Positions 10,234-20,005 of a stretch of DNA of 64,000 nt are shown here, one piece after another (position 1 is the first letter of the stretch; every line of letters starts with the position of its first letter). The notes under the pieces are model-generated. The model made no database searches. It saw only the letters and a program-made list of their open reading frames with translations, and was not told the DNA's origin. The translations under genes and the position numbers were made by a program. Source of the DNA: Candidatus Fervidifonticultor secundus (GTDB lineage: Bacteria; Sysuimicrobiota; Sysuimicrobiia; Sysuimicrobiales; Humicultoraceae). Where the stretch lies: NCBI GenBank assembly GCA_031459385.1, contig JAVKIP010000001.1, positions 32,001 through 96,000 of the forward strand. Reading direction: 5' to 3'.

Positions 10234-11127
10234 GTGACGACGGCCCTGTTCATCGAGTTGTTCTTCGCCGGCATGGTGGTCGGGGGCCTCTACGCCCTCA
10301 TGGCGTTCTCGTTCTCCCTGATCCTGGCCACCACGCACGTGCTGAACGTGGCGCACGGCGTCTTCATGGTGCTGGGCGCGGCGGCCAGCACTCTGCTCGT
10401 GCGGCACGTCGGGGTGCCGATGGCCGCGGGGTTCGTCCTGGTGGCGGCGGGCTTCCTGGCGGTGGGCGCGCTGGTGCACGCCGCCCTGGTGCGGCCGCTG
10501 GGCGACCGGCCGCCCGGGGAGATCCTGGTCGGGTCGATCCTGGTCACCTTCGGTCTGGCCCTGGCCGCAGAAGCCCTGCTGGGCTTCTACTGGGCCCGGC
10601 TCATCGAGCCCCAGCCGATCTTCGCGCTGACGCCACGCATCGCGTCGCTGCAGGTCGGCGAGGTCGTGGTCTCGGGGCCGCGGGCGGTGGCGCTGCTGTT
10701 CACGGTGGGCGCGGTGGCCGTGCTCCACGTGCTGCTGGTGCGCACGCGGATCGGGAAAGAGGCCCGCGCGGTGGCGCAGAACGCCGTGGGCGCCCGCATC
10801 ATCGGCCTGGAGCCGCGGCGTGTGGCGACGGCGGTCCTCACCGTGGGCATCATGCTGGCGGCGCTGTCCGGGGCGGTTTTCACCCTGGCCATCCCCCTGA
10901 CGCCGTACGAGGGCCTGCGGCTCACGATGGTCGCGTTCACCGTGTCGGCCGCAGGCGGCGTGGGGAACCTGCCCGGCGCGCTGGCAGCCGGCGTGGCGCT
11001 GGGCGTGGCCGAGGTGTTCACCGGGTATTGGGCCGGCCCGGTGTGGTCGCCCATGACCAGCCTGCTGGTGCTCTTCGGCGTGTTGCTGCTCCGGCCGGTA
11101 GCCCTGCTGGGAGGTGCGGGACGGTGA
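10234..11127 (+). CDS. ABC permease (LivH-like)
   Basis: NVAHG, hydrophobic helices, GGVGNLPG. Confidence 0.9.
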   Translation: MTTALFIELFFAGMVVGGLYALMAFSFSLILATTHVLNVAHGVFMVLGAAASTLLVRHVGVPMAAGFVLVAAGFLAVGALVHAALVRPLGDRPPGEILVGSILVTFGLALAAEALLGFYWARLIEPQPIFALTPRIASLQVGEVVVSGPRAVALLFTVGAVAVLHVLLVRTRIGKEARAVAQNAVGARIIGLEPRRVATAVLTVGIMLAALSGAVFTLAIPLTPYEGLRLTMVAFTVSAAGGVGNLPGALAAGVALGVAEVFTGYWAGPVWSPMTSLLVLFGVLLLRPVALLGGAGR

Positions 11128-12086
11128 CCGGCCGCCTGCTGGTCGGCGCGCTGGTGGCCGCCTTGGCCGCTGCGCCGGGAGTGCTGGGCCGTGACCTGCT
11201 CACAGCGTTGTTGTTCACGTTTCTGCTCATCACGCTGGCGTCCAACTACGACCTGCTGGGCGGCTTCCTCGGGCTGTACAACCTGGGCCAGGCCAGCTTC
11301 TTCGGCCTGGGCGCGTACGTGACGTTCCTGCTGCTGCTCCGCGTGCCGGCGCTGCTGGCGCTGGGGTGGAGCGGTGTCGCGGTCGCGGTGGTCGCCGGCG
11401 CGGTTGCTGCGGCGGTCTTCGCGGCGGTCCTGGCTTACCCGCTGCTGCGGCTGCGGGGCGCCTACTTCGCGGTGGGCACGTTCGCGTTGCTCCTCCTGCT
11501 GCGCCTGCTGGTGGACAACCTGCCGGGGCTGACCGGCGGGTCGCACGGGCTCTACGTGCCCGCGCAAGTCTACCTGAGCCTTGCGCCCGCCTACCTGCTG
11601 ACGCTGGGGCTGGCCGTGGGGTCGCTGGTGCTCAACCGGGCGGTGGCCGCCAGCCGTCTGGGGATGGCCATGCTGGCGATCCGCGAGAACGAGGCGGCCG
11701 CCGCCGCGGCAGGCGTGGACCGGTTTCGCACGCAGCAGGTGGCGTTCGTGCTGGGCGCGGTGCCCACCGCGGCGGCGGGCGCGGTCTTCGGGCTCCACGG
11801 CGGCTACATCGACGTGTCGGTGGTGCTGGGCGTGGAGCGCAGCCTCTTCCCCGTCATCGCGGCGATGATCGGCGGCAGCGGGCTCGCGTGGGGCCCGGTG
11901 GTCGGCTCGGTCGTGCTGCGGGCGATCGACGTGGCGCTGAAGAACTACCTACACCTGGCGGTGCCGGCGGTGGCCGTCTACGGGGTCATCCTGATGGTCA
12001 TGTCGCTGGCGATGCCCAAGGGCATCCTGGCCGTGGCAGCCACGCGGGCGCGACAGCCGGCGCGGGCTGCACCGCAACGCGCGTGA
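11124..12086 (+). CDS. ABC permease (LivM-like)
   Basis: LGQASFFGLGAY, LRGAYFAVGT, LTGGSHG, AIRENE. Confidence 0.9.
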   Translation: MTGRLLVGALVAALAAAPGVLGRDLLTALLFTFLLITLASNYDLLGGFLGLYNLGQASFFGLGAYVTFLLLLRVPALLALGWSGVAVAVVAGAVAAAVFAAVLAYPLLRLRGAYFAVGTFALLLLLRLLVDNLPGLTGGSHGLYVPAQVYLSLAPAYLLTLGLAVGSLVLNRAVAASRLGMAMLAIRENEAAAAAAGVDRFRTQQVAFVLGAVPTAAAGAVFGLHGGYIDVSVVLGVERSLFPVIAAMIGGSGLAWGPVVGSVVLRAIDVALKNYLHLAVPAVAVYGVILMVMSLAMPKGILAVAATRARQPARAAPQRA

Positions 12087-14362
12087 GCATCGGGGCCTCG
12101 GTCGCGCGCAGGGAGGACCCGCGGCTGCTGGCGGGGCGGGGGTGCTACGTCGACGACGTGCGCCTGCCCGGCATGGCCCATGGGATGGTCGTGCGCAGCC
12201 CCTACCCGCACGCGGTGGTGCGCGGCATCGACGCCCAGCGCGCCCGCGACCTGGACGGCGTCCTGCTGGTGGCCACCGCTGCAGATCTAGGCGACGTGCC
12301 GCCCATTCCCACGCGCCTGGGACCGCACCCTTCCCTGCGGCCGTTCCTCCAGCCGCCGCTGGCGCGTGACCGCGTACGCTACGTGGGCGAGCCCGTGGCG
12401 CTGGTCGTGGCCCGCGATCGGTACGTCGCCGAGGACGCTGCCGACGCCGTCGCCGTGGCCTACGAGCCGCTGCCGGCCGTGGCGGATGGAGATGCCGCGC
12501 TGGCTGCCGGCGTGCCCGTGCTCCATCCCGCGGCCGGCGGCAACCTGATCGCCCGGCTGGAGCGTACCGTGGGCGACCCCGGCGCGGCCCTGGCGTCGGC
12601 CGAGATCCGGATCCGGCGCCGCATCACCGTACAGCGCCACACGGCGGTGCCGCTGGAAGGGCGCGGGCTCGTGGCCGCCGTCGACGGCGCGAGCGGCGTC
12701 CTCACGGTGTGGGGGCCGACGAAGGTCGTGCACTTCAACCGCCGCGTGCTGGCCGACCTGTTGGGATGGCCGCTGGAGCGCCTGCGGTTCGTCGAGCTGG
12801 ATGTGGGCGGCGGGTTCGGGGTGCGCGGCGAGTTCTACCCGGAGGACTTCCTGATTCCCTGGGCGGCGGTGCGGCTTCGCCGGCCCGTCAAGTGGATCGA
12901 GGACCGCCGCGAGCACCTGCTAGCGGCCAATCACTCGCGGCAGCAGGCGCACGAGATCGAGGTGGGCGCCGCCCGCGACGGGCGGATCGTCGCTCTGGTC
13001 GACCGCATCGTGGTGGACATGGGCGCCTACGTCCGCACCCACGGCGTCGTGGTGCCGGAGCTGACCCAGGCGCTGCTGCCCGGGCCCTACCGGATCGCGC
13101 ACTACCGGTGCGAGGTCGCCTGCGTCGCGACCAACAAGACCCCGACCGGGACGTACCGGGCGCCGGGCCGCTTCGAGGGCAACGTCGTGCGCGAGCACCT
13201 GGTGGACCTGGTGGCCCGTGCCGCCGGGCTCGATCCGGCCGAGGTGCGCCGGCGCAACTTCGTCCCGCCCGAGGCGATGCCGTACCCCGTGGGAACGGCG
13301 GCGCTCGGGGAGCCCACCGTGTACGACGTCGGCCGGTACGCGTCGGCGCTGGACCACGCGCTGCGCCTGGTGGACTACGCGGGCTGGCGCGCGCGCCAGG
13401 CCCGGGCGCGCGCAGCGGGACGCTGCGTGGGTGTCGGGCTCGGCTGCTTCGTGGAGAAAGCCGGGCCCGGGCCGTGGGAGACCGCGCGCGTCGAGGTGGC
13501 GCCATCCGGGGAGGTCGTGGTCTATTCCGGGGCGGCGTCGCTGGGCCAGGGCCTCGAGACCGTCCTGGCGCAGATCGCCGCCGAGACCCTGGGTGTGGGG
13601 CTGGACCGGGTCTGCGTGGTGCACGGCGACACCGCAGCGATCGCCGAGGGCATCGGCGCCTGGGGCAGCCGGGCCACGGTGGTGGGCGGCGCGGCGGTGC
13701 TGCGGGCCGCGCAGGACGTCCGCGCGCAGCTGCTCGAGCGCGCCGCGCAGCGCCTGGAGGCGTCGCCGGCGGACCTGGTGGTGGCGCGCGGCGCCATCTC
13801 GGTGCGGGGCACGCCGACGCGGCGCGTCACGTTCGCCGACCTGGCGCCGGTGGTCGCCGCACACCGGTTCGAGGCGCCGAAGATGACGTACCCCTATGGC
13901 ACGCACGCGGCGATAGTCGAGGTCGATCCCGACACCGGCCGCGTGGAGATCCTGGACTACGCCGTCGCCTACGACGTGGGGAAGGCGATCAACCCCATGC
14001 TGGTCCGGGGGCAGATCGTCGGCGGCCTGGCCCAGGGCATCGGCGGCGCCCTGCTGGAGGACCTCGCGTACGCGGAGGATGGCCAGCCGCTGGCGACGAC
14101 GTTCATGGACTACCTGCTGCCCACGGTCATGGAGGTGCCGCGGCGCGTGCGCGTCGCGGTGCTGGAGGAGACGCCCACGCCCCTCAACCCGCTGGGGGCC
14201 AAAGGCGCGGGCGAGGGCGGTACCGCCGCGGCCGGCGCGGCGATCGTGAACGCTGTGGCCGATGCGCTGGCGCCCCTGGAGGTGGAGATCGACGCGCTGC
14301 CGCTGTCGCCTGCGCGGCTGCGCGCGCTGGTGGCGCGGGCTCGCGGCAGGCGGCACCCGTGA
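12083..14362 (+). CDS. Xanthine dehydrogenase family molybdopterin-binding subunit (CoxL/CutL-like) #1
   Basis: RREDPRLL, GGGFG, TYRAPGRFE, LGQG, GSR, GAKGAGEGG (catalytic Glu). Confidence 0.92.
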   Translation: MSIGASVARREDPRLLAGRGCYVDDVRLPGMAHGMVVRSPYPHAVVRGIDAQRARDLDGVLLVATAADLGDVPPIPTRLGPHPSLRPFLQPPLARDRVRYVGEPVALVVARDRYVAEDAADAVAVAYEPLPAVADGDAALAAGVPVLHPAAGGNLIARLERTVGDPGAALASAEIRIRRRITVQRHTAVPLEGRGLVAAVDGASGVLTVWGPTKVVHFNRRVLADLLGWPLERLRFVELDVGGGFGVRGEFYPEDFLIPWAAVRLRRPVKWIEDRREHLLAANHSRQQAHEIEVGAARDGRIVALVDRIVVDMGAYVRTHGVVVPELTQALLPGPYRIAHYRCEVACVATNKTPTGTYRAPGRFEGNVVREHLVDLVARAAGLDPAEVRRRNFVPPEAMPYPVGTAALGEPTVYDVGRYASALDHALRLVDYAGWRARQARARAAGRCVGVGLGCFVEKAGPGPWETARVEVAPSGEVVVYSGAASLGQGLETVLAQIAAETLGVGLDRVCVVHGDTAAIAEGIGAWGSRATVVGGAAVLRAAQDVRAQLLERAAQRLEASPADLVVARGAISVRGTPTRRVTFADLAPVVAAHRFEAPKMTYPYGTHAAIVEVDPDTGRVEILDYAVAYDVGKAINPMLVRGQIVGGLAQGIGGALLEDLAYAEDGQPLATTFMDYLLPTVMEVPRRVRVAVLEETPTPLNPLGAKGAGEGGTAAAGAAIVNAVADALAPLEVEIDALPLSPARLRALVARARGRRHP

Positions 14363-16713
14363 GCCGGGCCTCGGGCCGCTGGGTCGGCCGCCGCCTGGCG
14401 CGGCGCGAGGATCCCCGCCTACTGGCAGGCCTGGGCTGCTACCTGCCCGACCTCGTCCTGCCGGGGATGGTGCACCTGGCGTTCGTCCGGGCTCCCCACG
14501 CGCATGCCGCCCTCGTGCGCGTAGACGTGACACGGGCGCGGGCGGCGCCGGGCGTCGTCGGCGTCTTCACCGCCGCGGACCTGGACCTCGCGCCCATCGC
14601 CCCGGAGTTCGCTGGCGAGGGCTACCACACGGCGGGCTGGCCGCCGCTGGCGACGACGCGTGTGCGGTTCGCCGGCGAGCCAGTGGCGGTCGTCGCGGCC
14701 GCCGACCGGTATCTGGCCGAGGACGCCGCGGAGCTCGTGCAGGTGGACTACGAGGTCCTCCCTGCCGTGGCGTCCGTGGAGGCGGCGATGACGCCCGGCG
14801 CGCCGCCGGTGCACGATGGGGTGCCCGGGAACTGTTACTTCCGACGGGAGCACCGGCAGGGCGACGTCGAGGGGCTCTTCGCGCAGGCGCCGGTGGTCGT
14901 GCGCGGCGAGTTCCGCCACCAGCGCGTGACCGGCGCGCCCATGGAAGGGCGTGGCATCGCCGCGCAGTGGGACGCGCGCGGCCGCCTGGTGGTCTGGGCG
15001 TCGACGCAGGTCCCGCACCTGCTGCGTACCGCCCTGGCGCGCAGCCTGCGGCTGCCCGAGGCCGCCGTGCGTGTGCTGGTCCCCGACGTGGGCGGCGGGT
15101 TCGGCCCCAAGATGCACGCGTATCCCGAGGACGTCGTGACGTGCGCGGTGGCCCGGCGGCTGGGCCGGCCTGCCCGGTGGGTCGAAGACCGGCGCGAGAA
15201 CCTGCTGGCGACCACCCAGGCGCGCGAGCAGGTGATCGCGGCAGAGGCGGCCGCGGACAGCGACGGGCGCCTGCTGGCCCTGCGCGCCCGGATCATCTGC
15301 GACAGCGGGGCCTACTCGGTCTTCCCGCTGACCGCCGTGCTGGAGCCCATGGGCTCGGCGCAGATCATGCCCGGCCCCTACCACCTCCAGGCCTATGCCT
15401 ATACCACGATGGCCATCGCGACCACCAAGGCGCCGGTCGGCGCCTACCGCGGTGTGGGGATGGCGGTGGGTGTCTTCGTCATGGAGCGGTTGATGGACAA
15501 GCTCGCCGCTGCCGTCGGCCTGGATCCTGCCGAGGTCCGGCGGCGCAACTTCGTGCCGCCGGAGCGCTTCCCATACACTGCGCCGACGGGGCTCGTCTAC
15601 GACAGCGGCCGGTTCGCCGAGACGCTGCGGGTCGCGCTGGCGGCCTTCGGCTACGACGAGGCGCGGCGCGAGCAGGCACGGCTGCGGGCCGCGGGCCGCA
15701 GCGTCGGCGTCGGCCTGGCCGCGTTCGTCGAGTACACGGGCATGGGACCGCAGACCTTCGCGCGGCGGGGCATGCGCGACGTGCCGGGGCACGACGGCGC
15801 TGCCGTGGCAGTCGATGCGACGGGCGGCGTACGCGTGGCGGTGTCGTGCCCCTCCCAGGGCCAGGGGCACGAGACGGTGTACGCGCAGCTGGTCGCCGAC
15901 GCGCTGGGTGTGGATCCGGCCGTGGTCGTGGTCACCTCGCCGGACACCGACGCGGTGCCCGCGGGCAGCGGCACCTTCGCGAGCCGCGCGGTCGTCTCGG
16001 GTGGCGGTGCCCTGCTGCGGGCCGCCGCGCGGGTGCGGGAGAAGGCGGTGCAGGTGGCGGCGCACCTGCTGGAGGCCGCGCCCGGCGACGTGGTGGCTTC
16101 CGACGGCCGCTTTCACGTCCGCGGGACGCCGGAGCGCTCGGTGGCATGGGCCGAGGTGGCCCGGGCCGCGGCGGCACCGGCGCATCACGGGCTGCCGGCC
16201 GGCCTGGATGCCGGTCTGGCCGCGGAGGCGACCTACGATCCCCCGCCGGCCGCGTTCGGCAACGGCGTGCACGTGGCGCTGGTCGACGTCGACCGCGCCA
16301 CCGGGCAGGCGCGGGTGCTCCGGTACGCGATCGCCGCCGACTGCGGGCCGCTGGTGAACCCCGTGCTCGTCGACGGTCAGACGCGCGGCGGCCTGGCCCA
16401 GGGGCTGGGCGAGGCGCTGCTGGAGGAGATCCGCTACGACGCCAGCGGGCAGCCCCTGGTGACCACGTTGATGGACTACCTGCTCCCGACCGCGGCGGAG
16501 ATGCCCGCGGTGGTCATCACGCATCTGGAGACGCCCTCGCCCATCACCGTCGGAGGGTTCAAGGGCATGGGCGAGTCGGCGACGATCGGCTCGCCGGCGT
16601 GCCTGGCCAACGCCGTGAGCGACGCGCTGGGCACGGAGGTGGACGCCCTGCCCCTGACGCCGGACCGACTGCGCGCCGCCGGGGGCGCACCGGCAGGATT
16701 TCAGCACCGTTGA
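14359..16713 (+). CDS. Xanthine dehydrogenase family molybdopterin-binding subunit (CoxL/CutL-like) #2
   Basis: RREDPRLL, GGGFGPK, AYRGVG, QGQGH, FASR, KGMGES. Confidence 0.92.
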   Translation: MSRASGRWVGRRLARREDPRLLAGLGCYLPDLVLPGMVHLAFVRAPHAHAALVRVDVTRARAAPGVVGVFTAADLDLAPIAPEFAGEGYHTAGWPPLATTRVRFAGEPVAVVAAADRYLAEDAAELVQVDYEVLPAVASVEAAMTPGAPPVHDGVPGNCYFRREHRQGDVEGLFAQAPVVVRGEFRHQRVTGAPMEGRGIAAQWDARGRLVVWASTQVPHLLRTALARSLRLPEAAVRVLVPDVGGGFGPKMHAYPEDVVTCAVARRLGRPARWVEDRRENLLATTQAREQVIAAEAAADSDGRLLALRARIICDSGAYSVFPLTAVLEPMGSAQIMPGPYHLQAYAYTTMAIATTKAPVGAYRGVGMAVGVFVMERLMDKLAAAVGLDPAEVRRRNFVPPERFPYTAPTGLVYDSGRFAETLRVALAAFGYDEARREQARLRAAGRSVGVGLAAFVEYTGMGPQTFARRGMRDVPGHDGAAVAVDATGGVRVAVSCPSQGQGHETVYAQLVADALGVDPAVVVVTSPDTDAVPAGSGTFASRAVVSGGGALLRAAARVREKAVQVAAHLLEAAPGDVVASDGRFHVRGTPERSVAWAEVARAAAAPAHHGLPAGLDAGLAAEATYDPPPAAFGNGVHVALVDVDRATGQARVLRYAIAADCGPLVNPVLVDGQTRGGLAQGLGEALLEEIRYDASGQPLVTTLMDYLLPTAAEMPAVVITHLETPSPITVGGFKGMGESATIGSPACLANAVSDALGTEVDALPLTPDRLRAAGGAPAGFQHR

Positions 16714-16715
16714 AA
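16699..16715. promoter_or_regulatory. Palindromic operator TTTCA-N7-TGAAA upstream of the XRE-cupin regulator
   Basis: AT-rich perfect dyad in a very GC-rich context, 27 nt before the regulator start, immediately after GCAGGA. Confidence 0.6.
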
Positions 16716-16741
16716 CAAAGACCCGTGGGGGCGATGCGCCG

Positions 16742-17332
16742 ATGGCGGTGACGGTCCGCACGCTGGACGATACCCTGCGGCAGGTCGGGCGCCGCATCCG
16801 GGAGGCGCGGGCACGGCGCGGGCTGACGCTGGTAGAAGTGGGACGCCGCACGGGCCTGACGCCATCGATGCTCTCCATGGTCGAGCGCGGCGTGGCCGCG
16901 CCGTCGATCGGCGCCCTGGTGGCGATCAGCGCGGCCCTCAAGGTGCCCATGGCGGCGCTGTTCGGCCCGGTGTCGGCGGCCCGCGGCCTGCCGGTGGTCC
17001 GGCGGGCCGCGCAGCCGGTGGTGACGACAGGCCGCGGCGCGCAGCGGCGCCTGCTGGTGCGCGACGCCCACGACCTGGTCGAGATGGCCGAGAACACCTA
17101 CCTGCCCGGGGCGGCCAGCGCCCCCTCGCCCATCCACCACCGCGGGTGGGAGATGGGGGTGGTGCTCGCCGGCCGCCTGCGGGTCGAGCTGGACGGCGCG
17201 ACCTACCTGCTACGGCCGGGCGATGCCATCGCGTTCGACTCGTCCCGTCCCCATCGGTTCGTCAACGTCGGGAAGGAGGTGGTGCGGACTCTGTGGGTCA
17301 ACGTGCACGGCAACCGCTGGTCCGACGCGTGA
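16742..17332 (+). CDS. XRE-family HTH regulator with C-terminal cupin domain
   Basis: IREARARRGLTL...LSMVERG...PSIGAL HTH; HHRGWE...GDAIAFDSSRPH cupin. Confidence 0.92.
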   Translation: MAVTVRTLDDTLRQVGRRIREARARRGLTLVEVGRRTGLTPSMLSMVERGVAAPSIGALVAISAALKVPMAALFGPVSAARGLPVVRRAAQPVVTTGRGAQRRLLVRDAHDLVEMAENTYLPGAASAPSPIHHRGWEMGVVLAGRLRVELDGATYLLRPGDAIAFDSSRPHRFVNVGKEVVRTLWVNVHGNRWSDA

Positions 17333-17346
17333 GGAGGTGCGCGCTG

Positions 17347-18432
17347 ATGCGGCAGGCGATGGTCTGGCTCGGGGTGGGGCTCGTGGCAGTCTTGCTCGCG
17401 GGGAGTGCGGCGCCCCTGCTGGCGCAGGCGAAGCCCAGGGTGGCGTTCATCTACGTTGGGCCCGTTGGTGACGCGGGGTGGACCTTCCAACACGATCAGG
17501 CGCGGCGGCATCTGGCAGGGACCCTGGGTGCCGACACGAAGTTCGTCGAGTCGGTGCCGGAGACCGCGGAAGTGGCGCGGGTGATGGAGCAGTTCATCCG
17601 GCAGGGCTACAAGATCATCTTCGCGACGGCCTTCGGGTACCAGACCTTCGCGCTCGAGGTCGCCAGGAAGCACGCCGACGTCCGCATCATCGGGATCGGC
17701 CCGGCCATCGGGCTGGCGCCCAACGTGAAGACCATCTACGGGCGTATCTGGGAAGGACGCTACCTGACCGGGCTGGTCGCGGGCAAGATGACCAGGACCA
17801 ACGTCGTGGGCTTCGTGGCCGCGCACCCCATCACGACGGTGGTGGCCGGCGTGAACGCGTTCGCGCTGGGCGTGTGGGAGACGAACCCGAACGCCAAGGT
17901 CAAAGTGGTCTGGACCCGCACCTGGTACGACCCCCCCAAGGAGAAGGCGGCGGCCAAGACGCTGCTGGACGCCGGGGCGGATGTGATCGGCCAGCACCAG
18001 GACACCCCCAGCGCGCTCCAGGCCGCGGCCGAGAGCGGCAAGTACGGCGTGGGGTCGGAGTCGAACATGCAGCGCTTCGCGCCCCAGGCGTACCTGACCG
18101 GGACGATCTGGGACTGGCGCGAGGTAGACGCGGCCATCGTCCGCGGCATCGTGGCAGGGCAGTTCAAGTCGGAGGACTACTACGGCGGGCTCGTGGACAG
18201 GATGGTCAGCCTGGGACCGCTGCACGCCAGCGTACCGGCCGACGTGCGGACGCTGCTCGAGCAGCGCCGGCGGGCGATCATCGACGGCTCGTTCCAGATC
18301 TTCAGGGGGCCGCTCGCGGACCAGGGCGGGAGGGAGCGCGTGCCCGCCGGGCGCGCGATGACGCTCAAGGAGATCCTGACGTTCGACTGGTTGCTCAAGG
18401 GCGTCGAGGGGCAGGCGCCGACCGCCAAGTGA
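17347..18432 (+). CDS. BMP-family ABC substrate-binding protein (nucleoside/purine type)
   Basis: VAFIYVGPVGDAGWT.QH, NAFALG, WYDP.KE, GADVIGQHQD. Confidence 0.92.
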   Translation: MRQAMVWLGVGLVAVLLAGSAAPLLAQAKPRVAFIYVGPVGDAGWTFQHDQARRHLAGTLGADTKFVESVPETAEVARVMEQFIRQGYKIIFATAFGYQTFALEVARKHADVRIIGIGPAIGLAPNVKTIYGRIWEGRYLTGLVAGKMTRTNVVGFVAAHPITTVVAGVNAFALGVWETNPNAKVKVVWTRTWYDPPKEKAAAKTLLDAGADVIGQHQDTPSALQAAAESGKYGVGSESNMQRFAPQAYLTGTIWDWREVDAAIVRGIVAGQFKSEDYYGGLVDRMVSLGPLHASVPADVRTLLEQRRRAIIDGSFQIFRGPLADQGGRERVPAGRAMTLKEILTFDWLLKGVEGQAPTAK

Positions 18433-18463
18433 CAGGAGGGCGCGGTAGCGCACCGCGGGGCGA

Positions 18464-20005
18464 ATGGTGCCGACCGCCCGCGCCGTAGCCGGGATGTCCC
18501 GGCCGCTGGCGGAACTGCGGGGTATCGTCAAGGCCTTCCCTGGGGTGGTGGCCAATGCCGGGGTGGACCTGGCCGTGTACGCCGGGGAAGTCCTGGCGGT
18601 CCTCGGCGAGAACGGCGCGGGGAAGACGACGTTGATGAGCGTCCTGGCGGGACACTACCGCCCGGACGCCGGGACCATCGTCATCGACGGTACCCCGGTG
18701 GTCCTGCGGTCGCCGGGCGACGCGCTGGCGCGCGGGGTGGGCATGGTGCACCAGCAGTTCCGCCTGGTGGGGGCCTTCACGGTGACCGAGAACGTCCTGC
18801 TGGGCTGGCGCGAGCCGCGCTTCCTGCTGCACGTCGGCGGCCAGGGGGCGCGCGTGCGCCGCCTGGCCGCCGCCTACGGTCTCGCCGTCGAGCCGCACGC
18901 GCGCCTGGACACCTTATCGCTCGGCGAGCGCCAGCGCGTGGAGATCCTCAGGATGCTGTACCGGGACGTGCGCGTGCTCGTCCTGGACGAGCCGACCGCC
19001 GTCCTGACCCCGCCGGAGGTGGCGGGCCTCGTGGCCGCGTTGCGGCGCATCGCCGCCGAGGGCCGGGCCGTCGTCTTCATCAGCCACAAGCTGGACGAGG
19101 TCATGGAGGTTGCCGACAGGATCGTGGTCCTCCGCGCCGGGCGCGTCGCCGGCGTCACGACACCCGGCGAGACCACGCCCCGGGCGCTGGCGCGGCTCAT
19201 GGTGGGACGCGAGGTCGAGACCGCTCCCCGGTCGGCGGCGGCTCCCGGTCCGGTCCTGCTGGGCGCCGACGGCATCACGCTCGAGGGGCCGGGCGGCCGC
19301 GGGCTGCGGGGCATCACGCTGCAGGTGCGCGGCGGCGAGATCGTGGGAGTCGCCGGTGTCGCCGGCAACGGGCAGCGGGAACTGGCTGAGGTGCTGGCAG
19401 GGCTCCGGACGCCGCAGGCAGGGCGGGTGGCCTGGCACGGCCGCGACATCACGCACCTGGGGCCTCGCGCGCGCTGGGCGCTGGGGCTGGCTTACGTGCC
19501 GGAGGACCGGCTCGGCGAGGGCCTGGTGGGCGCCTTCACCGTGGCCGAGAACGCGGTGCTGCGCGACTACGACGGGCCGCCCGTGACCCGGGGGCCATGG
19601 CTCTCCTGGCCCGTGGTGCGCGCCCGGGCCAGCGCGCTCGTGACGCGGTTCTCCATCCGGACGCCGTCGGTGGAAACGGCGGTCCGACACCTCTCCGGCG
19701 GGCACCAGCAGCGCCTGCTGGTCGGCCGCGAGGTCGGGGCAGCCCCGCAGGTGCTGATCGCCATGTATGCCACCCGCGGGTTGGACGTGCAGGCGGCGGC
19801 GGCGGTGCACCGCATCCTGCTCGATCTGCGCGCCGCCGGCGCAGGCGTCCTGCTGATCTCCGAAAGCCTGGAGGAACTCTTCGCGGTCGCCGATCGCATC
19901 ACCGTTATGCACCGGGGCCGCTTGGTGGGCGAGCGCCCGGCCGCGACGGCCACGCGCGAGGAGATCGGGCTGCTGATGGCGGGGGGCGCGCTGCCGCGGT
20001 GGTGA
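18464..20005 (+). CDS. Simple-sugar/nucleoside ABC ATPase (two ATPase domains)
   Basis: GENGAGKTT, LDEPTAVLT, ISHKL, GVAGNGQ, LSGGHQQ; alternative start 18494. Confidence 0.92.
   Translation: MVPTARAVAGMSRPLAELRGIVKAFPGVVANAGVDLAVYAGEVLAVLGENGAGKTTLMSVLAGHYRPDAGTIVIDGTPVVLRSPGDALARGVGMVHQQFRLVGAFTVTENVLLGWREPRFLLHVGGQGARVRRLAAAYGLAVEPHARLDTLSLGERQRVEILRMLYRDVRVLVLDEPTAVLTPPEVAGLVAALRRIAAEGRAVVFISHKLDEVMEVADRIVVLRAGRVAGVTTPGETTPRALARLMVGREVETAPRSAAAPGPVLLGADGITLEGPGGRGLRGITLQVRGGEIVGVAGVAGNGQRELAEVLAGLRTPQAGRVAWHGRDITHLGPRARWALGLAYVPEDRLGEGLVGAFTVAENAVLRDYDGPPVTRGPWLSWPVVRARASALVTRFSIRTPSVETAVRHLSGGHQQRLLVGREVGAAPQVLIAMYATRGLDVQAAAAVHRILLDLRAAGAGVLLISESLEELFAVADRITVMHRGRLVGERPAATATREEIGLLMAGGALPRW

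Noticed and set aside
11366..16713. Apparent 998-aa and 1334-aa Mo-enzyme ORFs suggesting fusions
   Set aside because: The N-terminal extensions are off-frame overlaps with upstream genes; homology begins at GTG 12083 and GTG 14359.
12083..16713. Aerobic CO dehydrogenase call
   Set aside because: Neither subunit has the form I AYXCSFR loop or the AYRGAGR form II loop, and no cox accessory genes are present.
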